A stretch of DNA of 64,000 nucleotides from Isurus oxyrinchus. Lineage: Eukaryota. Of the stretch, positions 1-13,059 are shown piece after piece. The position numbers and the translations under genes were made by a program. Within the stretch, counting starts at the first letter, position 1, and every line of letters starts with the position of its first letter. Where the stretch lies: contig JANJGN010000039.1 in NCBI GenBank assembly GCA_026770705.1, positions 4,216,001-4,280,000 on the forward strand, read 5' to 3'. A model generated the notes under the pieces. That model was not told where the DNA came from and made no database searches. It saw only the letters and a program-made list of their open reading frames with translations.

Positions 1-1311
1 TCAGTCATTGGGTATGTTGAAGGCAGTGCAATGAACCAATTTCTAAATATTAACTGCGCCCAGAGATATGAGATAGTACAAGGGAATGACATGAAGGCAT
101 AATTACAGCCATAATATAGTTCAATAGTGGAGCAAGCGCGAGCGGCCACCTTTCTAACTTCTGCTCCCATTGCCTATGAATCTATGTCCTTTTGTCACTT
201 AGCAATGCGAGATTCACAAAGAGACAGGGGAGTCCGAAAATCGTTTAAACCAACTCAATTCAATTCTCCCTGTAAATCAGTTAGATTTGGAAGTTTCATC
301 TAGACCAGCAGGTAGTGGAGGGCGAGAAACTAAATGGGGCAGAATAATAAGAACCAGAAACTATTCGGGGTTCGTAGGTGTTTCAAAATCGGACCACTTA
401 TGGCTCAGTCAGTTGAAATCTCCGTGCTGAGATAGATGTTTAACGATTTAGTTCCGGCACCAGAAATTCAGAACAAAGTTCTCAGCTCATGGTCCAATCT
501 CTTAGTGAAATAATTCTGCACTATCGCAAGTAGAACCTTTAAGAACAGATTCACGATTGACGAGGAAAATGTAGAAGATTCAATTCCACTTATTCGAGGA
601 ACAACATTGTTATAGCCAGTTATGTCCTGACCGATATTTCTACCTCTGCTAAAATCACCAAATAAAAAATCCGGTCATTGTCAACATATTATCAATGGAA
701 GGTTCCTGAGCACAAATCGACGATCACGCTTACTTTAAGTAAATCCATCAATGTGGTCATGGACAAAGGCTGTTCAAATTCATGTCTATCAATATACAAG
801 TGAGTCAGACATCGGAATGTCTTAAGCGCAGACAACACTGTGTTTCAGCCAAGCTTACACATATCATCATTTCACACTGATTTGCAAAACTATCGCTATG
901 AAAAATTAGGTGATTTGAAAGGGAATTTGTTGCTTGCGATATTGGAAAACAGGTGAAAACCGTGAGCAAACACTTTCAATAAGTGCAACCGAATTCTGCA
1001 GAATGCGAATTTGCCCCTGCAATGATTTCCATACCTCCAATTACCTCCAATTTTAAACACGGTCTGAACTTGGTTATGACAATTATTGCAGAACCCCACC
1101 CAAATTCAAGAAATTCCCCAAAGAATGAAGACGGTCAACACTGTAGAAAGCTGCGTGACACATAAAGCAACCTTAAGAAGTCATGTAACGTGACACCTAA
1201 CCTTTGATAACTCTCCAACAGAAAACGAACTATTTCACGTTACCAGAAACGCCTTTTGAGTACAAAGTCAATATCCAGTTATACGTCCACTGATTGTATT
1301 TAGGCTCTTAC

Positions 1312-1381
1312 CTGGTACACCAACAGCTGCGAGAATAGGGTAGTAAATGGCCTTTATCTTGTGAAGTATCAGGTCTCCCAT
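1312..1381 (-). CDS. Coding exon 1 of a GPR139/GPR142-like GPCR gene (MGDLILHKIKAIYYPILAAVGVP + 1 nt); its exon 2 presumably lies left of the window
   Basis: Reverse complement reads ATG GGA GAC CTG ... GGT GTA CCA G|GTAAGA. It is 70 nt with a canonical phase-1 GT donor and a YYP..AAVGVP TM1-start motif. Paralogous exon at 37033-37102. Confidence 0.8.
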
Positions 1382-1659
1382 CTTTATGAGAATCTGTCTT
1401 TCCTCCTGAGATGGGTAAACAGGATGGAATGGCACGATGTGAGCTGGAAACTACAAACCCCCGTCACCTTTGAATTAATTTCAGAAACATAAAATAAATA
1501 AAGTAAAATCACTGTCGATACTCAGAAGGAGATACCACATTAATTAAACCCAAAATATCAGGGTAAAACTGGCAGCAAAGCATTTGTAACATGGAAGAGA
1601 GATAAGCTGCTATATTTTAGAGACATGAAGTCCTGTACATAAACTTCCAAACCCACTTC

Positions 1660-1925
1660 CGCTACTCCCTAGAAAGACAAGAGTAACATAGACTTGGGAA
1701 CGCCACCATCTAGTAGCTGCTCTCCGAACCACTCACCGCCCTGATTTGGAAAGATATCTCCGTTTCTTCACTGCTTCTGCGTCAATGTACTGGACCTCCC
1801 CGTTATAACACAGACTACAGCAGCTCAAAAATGCATCTCACTACCATCTTTTCAAGGGCAATTAGGGATGGGCAATAAATGCTGGCCTCGCCAGCGTCGC
1901 CCACATTCAATGAATGGATAGAATA
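1660..1925 (+). mobile_element. 3' end of a CR1/L2-superfamily LINE (paralog at ~37385-37650)
   Basis: Tail ...ctcactaccatcttttcaagggcaattagggatgggcaataaatgctggcctcgccagcg... recurs in degenerate form at 17150, 18700 and 51520. Confidence 0.7.
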
Positions 1926-2117
1926 AGAGAGATTATCATTTTTAGCCTGAGAGTATGTAAATAAACATACATTAGACAACGATAACTTCGAAAATGGGTT
2001 TGTAAGTGTCCCATATCTGACAAAGTGAAAAAACGCTATTCGCTGTGAGAAGCGCTAATTGAAGCAGAAACACTGAGTCTTTTGGAGAACATGAAATGAT
2101 CCGTTCAGAGAAACTCT

Positions 2118-2125
2118 TATTTATA
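2118..2125 (-). promoter_or_regulatory. Candidate TATA box (TATAAATA) ~740 nt upstream of the exon-1 ATG
   Basis: Gene-strand TATAAATA in a block well conserved between paralogs (same motif at 37841-37848). No transcript evidence. Confidence 0.35.
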
Positions 2126-3339
2126 CAACAGATAAATCCTCATTAGCTCATTCATGTTCCCTGAAGAAATAAATCAGTTTCAGTCATTGAACAAACAGGT
2201 TATGTCAGTCACTCCCTTGTGAAAGCAACCACTACAAAGTGAAACATCAAATTTTGGACTGATGTCTGTGGTCAAACCAATTGAAGGGGCTGCATGATAG
2301 CGATCAATGGATAAATATTATCGGAGATGGTCAGAGCGGGAAATGATTAAGCCACTAGGGGTTGTTGCGGGATTACTCGTCACTAATTTACACAAAATGA
2401 ATCTTAGCAACACAATGGTTCTGAACCTCCCTACGTAGGGGGCACATTTCTGATGTTCCCCACTGTTTTGTGTTTCTGGATCCATTCTATGTTCCAACAA
2501 GGCACGTGTGTGATCCTTGTCTTTGACATTCAAGCTCCCAGAGGGAAGACATACGCTGCCCAGATCGTTCCTGGATTACACTGGCACTGATACCTCCATC
2601 GGTGACTGGGCTTACATTCTATGGCGTTGCCCAGAAATTTGCACCATTCCGCCTGCAAATTAAAAATGCAACCAGAGGACATGGAGGGTTCGTGCTGGTG
2701 ATTACGTGAGGTGTAACACGATCTGTATGGAGAAGGCATTTATTTTCTCAACCAGAAAATTTCAAAATAATTCTTTCCAGACGTTTCCAAACCTATAAAT
2801 GGTCAATAACCATCCCCCCCCCCCCCCACCCGCCCCCGCCTCCCCCCCCCCGGACAGCAAATCAGTCTATTCCACCCACTCACATATTACGTCCAGAGAG
2901 ATGTTTGGGCTGATTGAAAAACAATGTTTTGAATAAAATAATAGGTTAATTCGAGTACAAAGCTGGGGGAATATTCCAAGCTAAACATTTAACTCCTGAC
3001 CCTCAGATGTCTTCTGCCAACAATCATTGGCCGATGGAATCACTCATTATAATGAAGCAGAATCTCCAGCTGTTGGTTTGCGCTGCATTTCATACAACAC
3101 CAAAATCACAAGAATTAAGGGCAGGGGTAGCTCATTCGGCCTCTTCAGTCCCTTCTGCAACTCGAAAAGAAAATGGTTTACCTGATCGTGGCCTCAGCTC
3201 CATTTTCCTGCCTGTACTTCTCCACCCTGCGTCGCGCACCCGCTCCTCCACACCCTCCACAAAACATACACATACGTCCTCATGACCTCAATATCCTTTA
3301 TTGGTCAATGAACTATCCAAACCAGTCTGGAATATGAAG

Positions 3340-4450
3340 CCGCGCTGAAAAAGATGAAAAAAATGATCAATGTCATTTGCTCTTTTGACGATGACCTGAT
3401 AATCAGAGTGATGCAAAGCAGTTCGATAGTGTGGACCCCTTTCATGTGACTTGCGTTGCCAAGTAAGTCTCTGTCATGGCTTCAGCTCTATTTGTCATAT
3501 ACTTGCCGGCCATTATCCAGTTTACACTCAAAGATTTTGGCACAGGCTTACATAACCATTTCAGGACAAACAGCAACGTTGGCAAACGGCCAAGAGTAAA
3601 ACCTTGCACATAGGTCACTGAACAGCGACTGAGTGAAGGCTTATTCGCAGACTACTGCGCTCGCATTGGGCAGAATCCGGACATATCCAGCTGCATGCTG
3701 AGCGCTTTGCTGTGGACTCAGAACACTTTCGATTAACAATATATCCACAGATAGAGAAGCTGTATCAAATCGCTGCTGGTCACCTGATCCAAGATGCCAC
3801 AGCGGCTGTGAACGAAAAACCCAACTGTTCAGTGCAGACGTTTGCTAATTTGGCAGCATGTTCTCCACGAGAACTACCTGAATGAGCAAATTAAACATCG
3901 CCTGACAAAAGCAAGTTCGGCATTTAGCAGGCTGCACTCACTGTCTTCTGAAAGAAAAACATGGAGCTCCTCTCAGATGGAAGATCAAAGACTGTCAGGC
4001 CGTGTTTTTGTTATCTCAATTCTATGTCAGTGCGAGATTTGCAACATTGATCAGCCTCATTGAAACCTTGTGAAAACATTCCAATTTCACTGTCTGTAAT
4101 CCATTTCCAACGGTAAGTGGCAGGACTGATTCCCACACACAAATATTCTTGCAAAGTGCAGCGTACTGAGCATCGATAACATGGTCATTAGAGCCTCGCT
4201 TCCCAAGGTCAGTCATGTGGTTCATATGGAGAATGCCGACATACCAAAGGCCGCATTAGGTGAACACAGGAAGCTGCACGACAGGATGTTTCAAATCTCA
4301 AAGAAAAACCCAGAGATTGGAAACTGGGTCCCAATGCATGGGCTCCTGATTCCCCCTTGCCAACACCCCTGTAGCGTACCAGAACCATATGAGGCCAACG
4401 CCAGGCGCAGATAAAGCTGCACAGGCTAATGGAAAAAATATAAATATAAA
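3340..4450 (+). mobile_element. Degenerate RTE-clade LINE reverse-transcriptase fragment
   Basis: Remnants of RTE RT motifs: VKQGCV-like ~3455, LFADYCA ~3640, EQIKHRLTKASSAFSRL (ORF 3842-4063). Many stops and frameshifts. Confidence 0.7.
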
Positions 4451-5065
4451 TCCAGAGCAGAATTAGAGAATCCGGCTCCTCCAGCCAGCCTCAACATTCA
4501 ATAACATTATGGCCAATTTGATTGTGGACGCAATTCAGCATTCCGCCCAACTCCAATAACATTTGACACCCTTGGTACCCAAGGATATATCTGTCTCTGC
4601 CTGAAACATATCCAATCAGCTTCCCTACGCAGCACTTGTGGGAAGAGAGTTCCAAAGCCCTTCAACCCTGTGACGGAAATAAATCGCTTCCACCTCCCCT
4701 TCAAACGGGAGACCCACAACTTGAAAACTTTTCTCCCTTTGCCCCAAACTCCACGACAAGGGAAACATTCTCATTGCAAATAATATGGTGAATCCCTCAG
4801 GATCCAACCTATTTCAATCAAAGCACCCCTCTTTTTCCAGACTCCAATTGAAAACGGTTATCCAATCTTTCCGAATTTGATAAAACCCAGACAACCACCA
4901 CCCTCCACCAACTCAGCCTCCCAGGTATCTGCAGAATGAACGCTATCTCAACTGATTCTAATTAATTGATATCCTTTCTTAAAGTTGCAGACCAAAACTG
5001 TGCACCGTTCTTTAGATGTGATATCGGCAACGTTCTGCTCAACTTTAATAAAACATCATTACTGC
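4450..5065 (-). mobile_element. CR1-like LINE 3' fragment (paralog ~42010-42620)
   Basis: Reverse strand gives RVEGLWNSLP (ORF 4625-4807), typical of the CR1 ORF2 C-terminus, followed by a CR1-type 3' UTR. Confidence 0.7.
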
Positions 5066-5459
5066 ATAACTTTAGACATCCTGCTAAATTAGGGTAATAG
5101 CAAATAAACTGAAGAGAATGTAAAGATTGGCATGCACACTTTGTCAGATTTACTGCTAGTAGTTGAACTGTAATTGATAATTAAAGCTTAATTGTAACTC
5201 CTTTTTTGGTATTGATCGTCATGTGCAATTTAACAATTAAGCATAACCATATTTAACTTTTTAAGAATACAAGTGAATCTCCTAACCCCTTTGCCTTACT
5301 TTCTTACAACTTCACATTAACAATGCCCTCCATCTGGTTCTGTAGCATTGCCATGAGCTTATTGACAGAGATGCTGAACAGACCTTGTAATTAAATCAGC
5401 GAATCTGGGAGAAGCTGCAGATCTCAGGTTGCAGCAGAATTATATTCAATTGCAATCCT

Positions 5460-6660
5460 TAAACTCATGCCGCGGCATATTCCTCATTCCACTGAAATGT
5501 CCACCGCGCGATTAACGCAGATAAAATGACGAGTGCAGGTAGCAGCAAAAGAGCAGCACCAAATATACCACACAGCGGAAGGTGGTGCATCTTCAACACA
5601 CCATTACCTGCATTTTAGACAACGGAAGAAAACTGCAACAATGCTAACACCTCACACAAACAGTGCACCGAATCAAACCTTGAGTTCCCGTCGAATCCAG
5701 CGGCTTTTAATAGTGCCAGAAAAACAACTTTCAGGAGGAGGAGGCTTCTAAAGTATTCCCACTGGCTATGTTGGGAGCCAAATGACCTCAGTACAATCGG
5801 CAAGGCTGAAACATTTGCAGCTCGTGTGTGTCAGGATTGTTAATGCTTCATCCTCCTAATGTCCCTGACATCACAGACGTCAGACTGAATATAAAAAACA
5901 AAATATTGTTCATAATGGAAATTTGAAATAAACACAAGTTAGGCTGGAAAACCTCAAAAGTTTTGGCAGATTCTGCGGAGAGAGTCCGCACTCAAAATGT
6001 TAATTCTGTTTCCATCAGGTTGTAGAATATTTGATTTACTTGATATGATGGCAGGAAATGGCTGAAAGGACTGGAAACAGCATAAGCTGTAGGGGTGACA
6101 CAATCCCGGCAATTTTACTGAACATTCGTGCTCTATAGCCAGACGAAACCGGAGGCCAAAAACTTCAGCGCAGTCATACCAAAAGCACATGCTACCGAAC
6201 ATGTGGAAAAAGTGCCCCAGTGTGTGCCCTACGCAAGTAGCATGAGAAATATAACCCTGGCAAATACCCGTCCATCAATCTGGCCTCGGACATAAGCAAT
6301 AAAATGGAACTTGTCATTTTGGTATTAAGCGGCAGTTACATAACACCACCAGTTCATTGATACACCGATGGAGGTCTGCCAGGGCCATTCGGCTAATGAC
6401 TTCATTACAGCTTTGTGTGTATCACATACAAAATGGCTGAACTCAGGAGCTGCGATGATAATGACGTGTCTTGATATCAAGGCAGCATTTGTCCATGAGC
6501 GACATGAAGGGAGCTCTGGTGTTACGATCACCGTACTGAATATTTGGATATTCATGATAGCAAAATAAATAATCCGAACGTCTTTAAAAAATAGTTGTAT
6601 TGCTGCGATCGACCCAAACTCAACATAATTCAAAAATTAATAGTTCAATGATACTTCAGG
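5460..6660 (+). mobile_element. Degenerate CR1/L2-type LINE ORF2 fragment, interrupted by a Penelope terminal remnant at ~5890-6045
   Basis: ORF 6368-6568 contains QGHSANDFITAL...CLDIKAAF (RT domain motif). Confidence 0.65.
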
Positions 6661-8321
6661 TGAGATGTAAATTTCAATGTTGGATAGTCACAAGAACACA
6701 AGAAATTGGAGAATGTGGTGGATAAAATGCCCCTTCGAGCCTGCGCCGCCGTTGCTTACTAGCGTGGCATATCATGGGGTTGAATTCCATTCCCTGTAAT
6801 TTCCAGGCACCCGTTTTGTGAACCTTCTCTCTACCACCTCCGAAGATAGCATTTCTTCTCTTCAATGTCAAGACAAAAACTGCGCACAAAAGTCGAGGTG
6901 TTGCTTCAACAAAACACTGTGCAGACCTTTCAAGGTTTCTTCATCCCTCTACTCCAATCCCGATGCAACAAATACACTCTCTGCTCTCAGTGTGTAAGAT
7001 AAAGTGTTTCACGTCAACCATCCGATTTCCAGCAGCAATCCAAATGCGCAATCCTCTTCTCAATTGTCACTGTCCTACGCAGAATCCACCTGGCTTGTTC
7101 TCCCTATCTGATTCTGTTATGAATTCTCACCTTGAATTATTTTAATCCACCGATTCAAAGTCCCTGTAGTGTTGTCACATAATTATACCCACGGTTTCAT
7201 GCTGAGATACCTGTTTGCGTTCTGGGACTGTATCCTTCTTCCAGCAGCAGCACACGAGATGCAATTAAAATAATAATTCGTTTAATTTGCTGTTTTATCT
7301 TCCACCACATTGCAACTTGAACTTGAGCTTCACATCTCAGAGCTGTAATAACATCATAATGTTGACTTCAATTGTTCTTCCTTCCAAAATTCTTTCTTAC
7401 TTTCACTTAGGAGTTAAAGTATTCTTTACAAACATAAAATGCACGTTTTGCAACAAAGCACCAAATTTTATTTCCAAATAGAGGCTTAGCCTGTGGGTGA
7501 GCCGGTCTGTTGTTCAATTGGATTAAGACCATAAACTCTCGGTTCTTTTGTGTATACTATTGTTGAGAAGTAAACAGAGGTAAAGTTGCATTTGCATGTA
7601 CTTGAATGGAGCATTCAAGAGGGGAGTGAAATCTTTCACCTAGCCAGGAGACACCAGACAATATTTATATTACTGAAAGAGTTGGTGCAATGATATGGGT
7701 TTTATTGTTGGAAGAGGTCATGCCCAAAGGGCGTGGTAATTCACTGAAAATTTACATTCAAAGAAAGCTTAGAAGGGAGCTTGTGTGTGAAAGGCTGAAG
7801 CATCTAACATCAAACAGCTGTAAGCCTCCAACAGTGTGCAAAGCAAAGAGATTGAAAGGAACCTTGTTTTGAATTTGTAAGGGGAAAATGCTTTGCCTGG
7901 TGTCTGGCTAAGTCTATTAAATATTGTTGCCTTGGTGGAGAATTACTTGGCATTTTTTTCAAAAATGTTACGATGATAGTAAATTCTAGCCACGTGTACA
8001 TGCTTAATTTATTGCAAACTAATAAATGTCTCATTTAGTCTGTTAGAGGACCTGTCGAGAACCAATGGTTTTACCCCTGAATTTAGAGCAAGAACTCAAA
8101 GCATACGATTTGAAAAGACAGGTTATGACATTTGTTTAAATTTGCCCTCTGTGTCTTTAACTAGCACAGCCTTTAATAATGTTGTGTCATAACACATGTT
8201 AAGTTTCCAGGCCTGACGTTCATATTCCGCTAATCTAAACTAAAAGGTTTGGTAGAATTGGGCAATGTGCTTGCTGTTGAAACTCTTTTAAAATTTGTTG
8301 CAGCTCGGGGAACAGGGAGAG

Positions 8322-9720
8322 CATAAGACCATAAGACAAAGGAGCATAAATTAGGCCATTCGGCCCATCGAGTCTTGTCCGCCATTCAATCATGGCTGAT
8401 TGGTTTCTCAACCCCATTCTCCCGCCTTCTCCCGGTAACCTTTGATCCCCTGAACAATCAAGAACTTATCTACCTCGATCTGAAATCCACCCAACGAGCT
8501 GGCCTCCACACCCTTCTGCGACAATGAATTCTTGGTTTGATATTACTGCAGACTATCCCCAGTATTTCGAGAAATTATTTAAGGACCTAAGTCTACTGTA
8601 ACACTTTGTTCTTTGTTACACTGAATTCCAAATAGCGCTGGCCCCCTGACAAATGAAGTTCCCCATATTCTCTGGTTTGGAAGGGAGCCTTTTTAACATG
8701 AAACATTTCCCCTAGTTATAGACTCCCCCACGAGATACGCATCCTCTCAACATCTAAACTGATAAAGTCGCCCCAGAACCATATAGGTTTCAAGAATATC
8801 TCTTCCCACCTTTCCAAATTCTCATGAGCAGTGGCCCAATGAACAGACCTTTCCTCATAAGACAAGCTTTTCATACCAGGAAGCAGTCGTGTGATCCATC
8901 TATGAAGTGTGCCTAACGCATTTGCAATGCCACTTAAATAAGGAAAGCTTAACCGCACAAGACACCACCAACGTTTTGCAGCAGCAAGGAATCCCTACTT
9001 GCATACATCACCCAGCATCCAGTGAAGGCTAATATTTTATATGCCTTACTTTTCACTTCCTGTACCGGTATGCTAACTCTTCATGATTCATGTTCGAGAA
9101 AATCTGGAGAAATTCTGCTGCAACAGACAGAATTCTTCTCTACCTTCAAATCTTCAGCCTCCATTATACCTACCAAAATGACAATCAGACAATTTCCTAT
9201 AGGTTCCTGCAACGTGTTTTTATTATTTTTGAACAAACACTTAACATTTATCTTTGCAGAGTCTTTGCAACGGTATCACAATTATTTTTTCAATGCACAT
9301 TAATATCGCCAGTAAAGTTGACCGCAGTGCACTCCATTTCTTTTTCCAAGTCAACATTATAAAACGGTTTGGGTAAAGTTGAGGCCACAGTACTGAATCC
9401 TATGGTACCCTCACCCGTCTAGATATAGTTCGTCAACTTAAAAACGAGCCAGTTATATCGACTCTGTTTCCTGTTAAGCCGCCCGATAGTCATGATGTTA
9501 AGTTACCCTAAACCCATGACGATGTAACATGTGTATTCATTTTTTTAAGTGGAAACGTATCTGATATATTTAGGTAATTTAAAATAAAACTGCATTTTAT
9601 CGTCCTTATTTCCTCATCGTCCTTGTTGCATCCTCAAATAACTAATAACTTGATAGACGATTGTCATTTCAGAAAATCATGTGCACTGCCTGATTGGAAC
9701 ATGAATTCCTACATTTTCTG
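8322..9720 (-). mobile_element. CR1-like LINE 3' portion with short tandem tail
   Basis: Minus-strand ITRLLPGMKSLSYEER (ORF 8716-8958). A tandem cataagac unit at 8322-8337 marks the 3' tail. Confidence 0.75.
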
Positions 9721-12149
9721 CTTTCAGTTCCTTAAAAAATACCTTCCTGCTGGCGTTTAGAGAAAGAGAATAAACAGAAAAAAAACTCATCAGCCTTGGA
9801 AACCTGCTCCATCTGGTCGCACAAGGATTTCTGTTGCTAGAATGAGAAGGCACCTTGCACTGAGGGGAAAAAGTCAAACGAAAAAGGTCAAGATTAATAA
9901 TAAATTAATTGTAAATATAACAAATAACATTTTATTTTAAAAGCACATGAACCCTTAAGACATTTAGAATTTCCTCGCTCTCAAAAGTCAAGAGTTCAGC
10001 AATTCTTTCGAATATGTGTTTTCGGCCGAGCAGACATCGGGGCCACTTTACCAGCGGACAGTGAAATGTTAATGGAATTGTTGCCGTCCCTGTGTTACAT
10101 ACCAGCTAGGCCTGTTAAATTCTTCCTTAATAATCGTCAGAGAACTGGATGCATTTATATAATTCATGATTATTTTAAAGTAAATAAACAACTTTCTACT
10201 TATTCCAGATATGTAACCTGAAAGGTAAAGGCAGGTTGACTTTTTGTATTCTTTTCCTCTGTATTTCAACGTTGGACCATCCAGGCCTGTGAAGGACAGA
10301 ACTCCTTAACGTTCTTTGCATTGTTTATGGTCAGTGTTACAATTTAGGCAGATTGAATGTTTCGCTCTACCACGTTGGTAATTATTTATTAAGACTGTGA
10401 GCTTCCGCAAGCTGGAGTAAAACAACGGTCAGCACTTTTGTTTTCGTGTTGGACCCCAGATGTGACTGAGGCTCGACGGCAGGGTTGGTTTAACTGCACT
10501 TTTCCCTCATCGTTCATCGGCGGTGACCATCACAGCCAAGACCTGCTTTTGCTGCTGATCTACGATTGCACTAGAGAAGCTGGTGCCGAGCAGTCCCTCG
10601 GTTCAAGCTGGATAGGCAGTACGATTTCATCCTTATTCTTCTTTTCTGCAGCGTCTTTATAAAACTGATTATTTTCTCGCCCATTTCTAAGGGCAGTTAA
10701 GAGTCAAGCACGTTACCGTGGGACTGGAATAACTTGTAGGTCGGGCAGTGTGAGGCCGAAATATGTCCTCCACCATATGGCATTACAAATCCAGATTTTT
10801 AGAGACAATCCAATTGTTCCATTGACACAATTAGTGGGAATATTATGCCAGGATTTCCGTTCCGGATTTCGTTTAATTGGAAGTTTGCTGGACTTATGTA
10901 AATGTTAATGTTTCTGAGAGTGTTCAAATGTGCGAGTTCTCTCCGAATCAACTCCACCGCTTTATTTATGAATAGTTACATGCATTTCGCTGCTTGGAGA
11001 ACGGTAAGGCCACACACCGTGCATCAGATCCCTGTGTCTGCATACCTTTCTGTGTTGCACACTCTAATCAGAGCCATAAATGCACGCATGGTATATTCCT
11101 TCAGTGTATTTATAAACAGTTCAGTTCCCAGGATTACAGTTTGTTTTATCCCGTATTTTTGAACTGACTACCTGGTCCAGGCCACTTTCCCTTTATGAAA
11201 GCTCCAGTCCCGAGAATACTGCGCAGGAAAGGTCGATGAGTTGGATTCGGGAACATGGAAAATCGTGAAGGCGATGTTATCACAGCGTAAACAAACGAGA
11301 TAAGACGATGGAGAGAATTGAGAGAAAGAGAGAGAAATGAGAGATGTGCGTGTGTGAGAGCGAGAGAAAGAAAGGGAGGCCGAGTGAGACAGAAGCTGCT
11401 GATTTTTTACCAGAATTCAATTAACCTGATTAAGTCTCTGCTAGGCAAACATCTGAAGAGTTATTGCGCCGCATTGTAACCAGAAGTTCAAACCTCTCTC
11501 CTGCCCTTTCCATTTCACCCTGCTTCAATGAAGATATGTGTTGGTGAGAGCAAAAATAATGATGGGATCAATGGTATCTGCCTAGATCAGTCCCTTCCTC
11601 GGGTTCTGACGCAGATTAATGTCCCCATGTGCGCTCCTTCTCTCTTTGTCAGAGCAGCAAGATTGAAATAATAACTAGGATTAAACAAAAATAAGCAGAG
11701 GGTAATGAGCATCTGTTGATATACAGCGCCTCCTGTCAGTTTCACTGGGGGAGGGGACAGGGTGAAATAATCACTGTTACCACTGAAGGCTAAATAAAGA
11801 TTCCACCCACAATGCTGTTCACATGAAACAAGATGGTGGAATAACGCATTTTTTTTACTTTTGAAGCAAAAACAAGCAAATTATGTTGGGAAAGCTTTTT
11901 ATTCTACGTGTTTAGTGATCCCTCTCATCTCTTTCTTTCTCTGAAAGGCGAGCATTCTTTTTAGAAAAAAAAAACATGGTGTTCTTATTCGGACTTTCTG
12001 TACTTTGTGCACTCACCTCGATCTGATAACCTGTGACACCCCCAATTATTTTTGAATTAAAAGTGAATATTTGAGCTTAAAAACAGGAGGCGAGGGAAAG
12101 CAACTCATCTGTGGTTGGTTGGTCATTTGCGAATAAATGTCACTATGAC

Positions 12150-12560
12150 GTCTGTGATGTCTCTTCGTTTTCCCTTCCTTATCTCTGTAATTTCCTCCTC
12201 CCCCCCCTAAGGCACCATGATAACTGTGGTAGTCTATTTCTGGCTGCATTATCCTCTGTGAATGTGATGTTTCCAACATTACTGAACTTGCCTTCAGTTG
12301 CCTAGAGTTCATGCTCTGGAATCCCCGCCACGCACAGCCCCACTCCCCCCCCCCCCCCCCCCAAACACCCTCACCCCCACCCCCAGCGCGGCTCCAGATC
12401 TCTGCTTCCCTTTTCTGCTTCAAGATAATTCTTAAGACCGACCCGTTTGACTATCCCTTTGATCAGTTGTCATGTTCTGTTATGTGGAGCTGATCTGAAG
12501 CAACTTGAGCCACGTGATTGTGTTAAATATGTCATATCAATATGATTTGTTGTTGTCACT
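12150..12560 (+). mobile_element. L2-like LINE/SINE 3' end with an internal poly-C tract
   Basis: gccttcagttgcctagag...ctctggaatccc...cttaagaccgacccgtttgac resembles an L2 3' terminus. Confidence 0.5.
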
Positions 12561-13059
12561 TTGCCATATAATGCTCGGTGCAGCATTATTGGTTGTTTTA
12601 CTATGTTTATATTCAATACTAATACGCGAGGGCTTCCATTGCTGCATTTAGGACTCTGTCTCATGTTACATCTGTAGTTGTCAGGATCACTGTATGAATC
12701 CCGTAATCCCCTGCTCCATCCGACAATATGACAGGCGGTCCTATGGCGATCTTGACAGAGGTAAAACAATGACGGGTCCTGAAATCTGACTGCTCCATGT
12801 ACGGTGCTCAGTGAGATGTTTTTTGTCCGAGTTCCATGAACAGTGAAACAGTTGTTTCAGAGTCCTGACCACATAGTGATTAAATAATCATCAAGGAGGC
12901 TTATAAATAATTTGTCAGTTGAGTTAGCCAATTGCTGAAATGCAGAAACAATAACCATTATTATAGGCATTAGACTTACTATTTAAGAGGTTGAACGTAT
13001 ATTTAAGAGAGAATGAGAGAGGGAGAGAGAGAGAGAATTTACTATGCCCATCACCAGCC

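Larger units (their letters stand above)
1..5060 (+). repeat. Segmental duplication copy (direct paralog of ~35704-42620) carrying exon 1 and its upstream region
   Basis: Colinear similarity from tcagtcattggg (1 vs 35704) through exon 1 and the RTE and CR1 fragments. Roughly 85% identical by eye, with indels. Confidence 0.9.
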
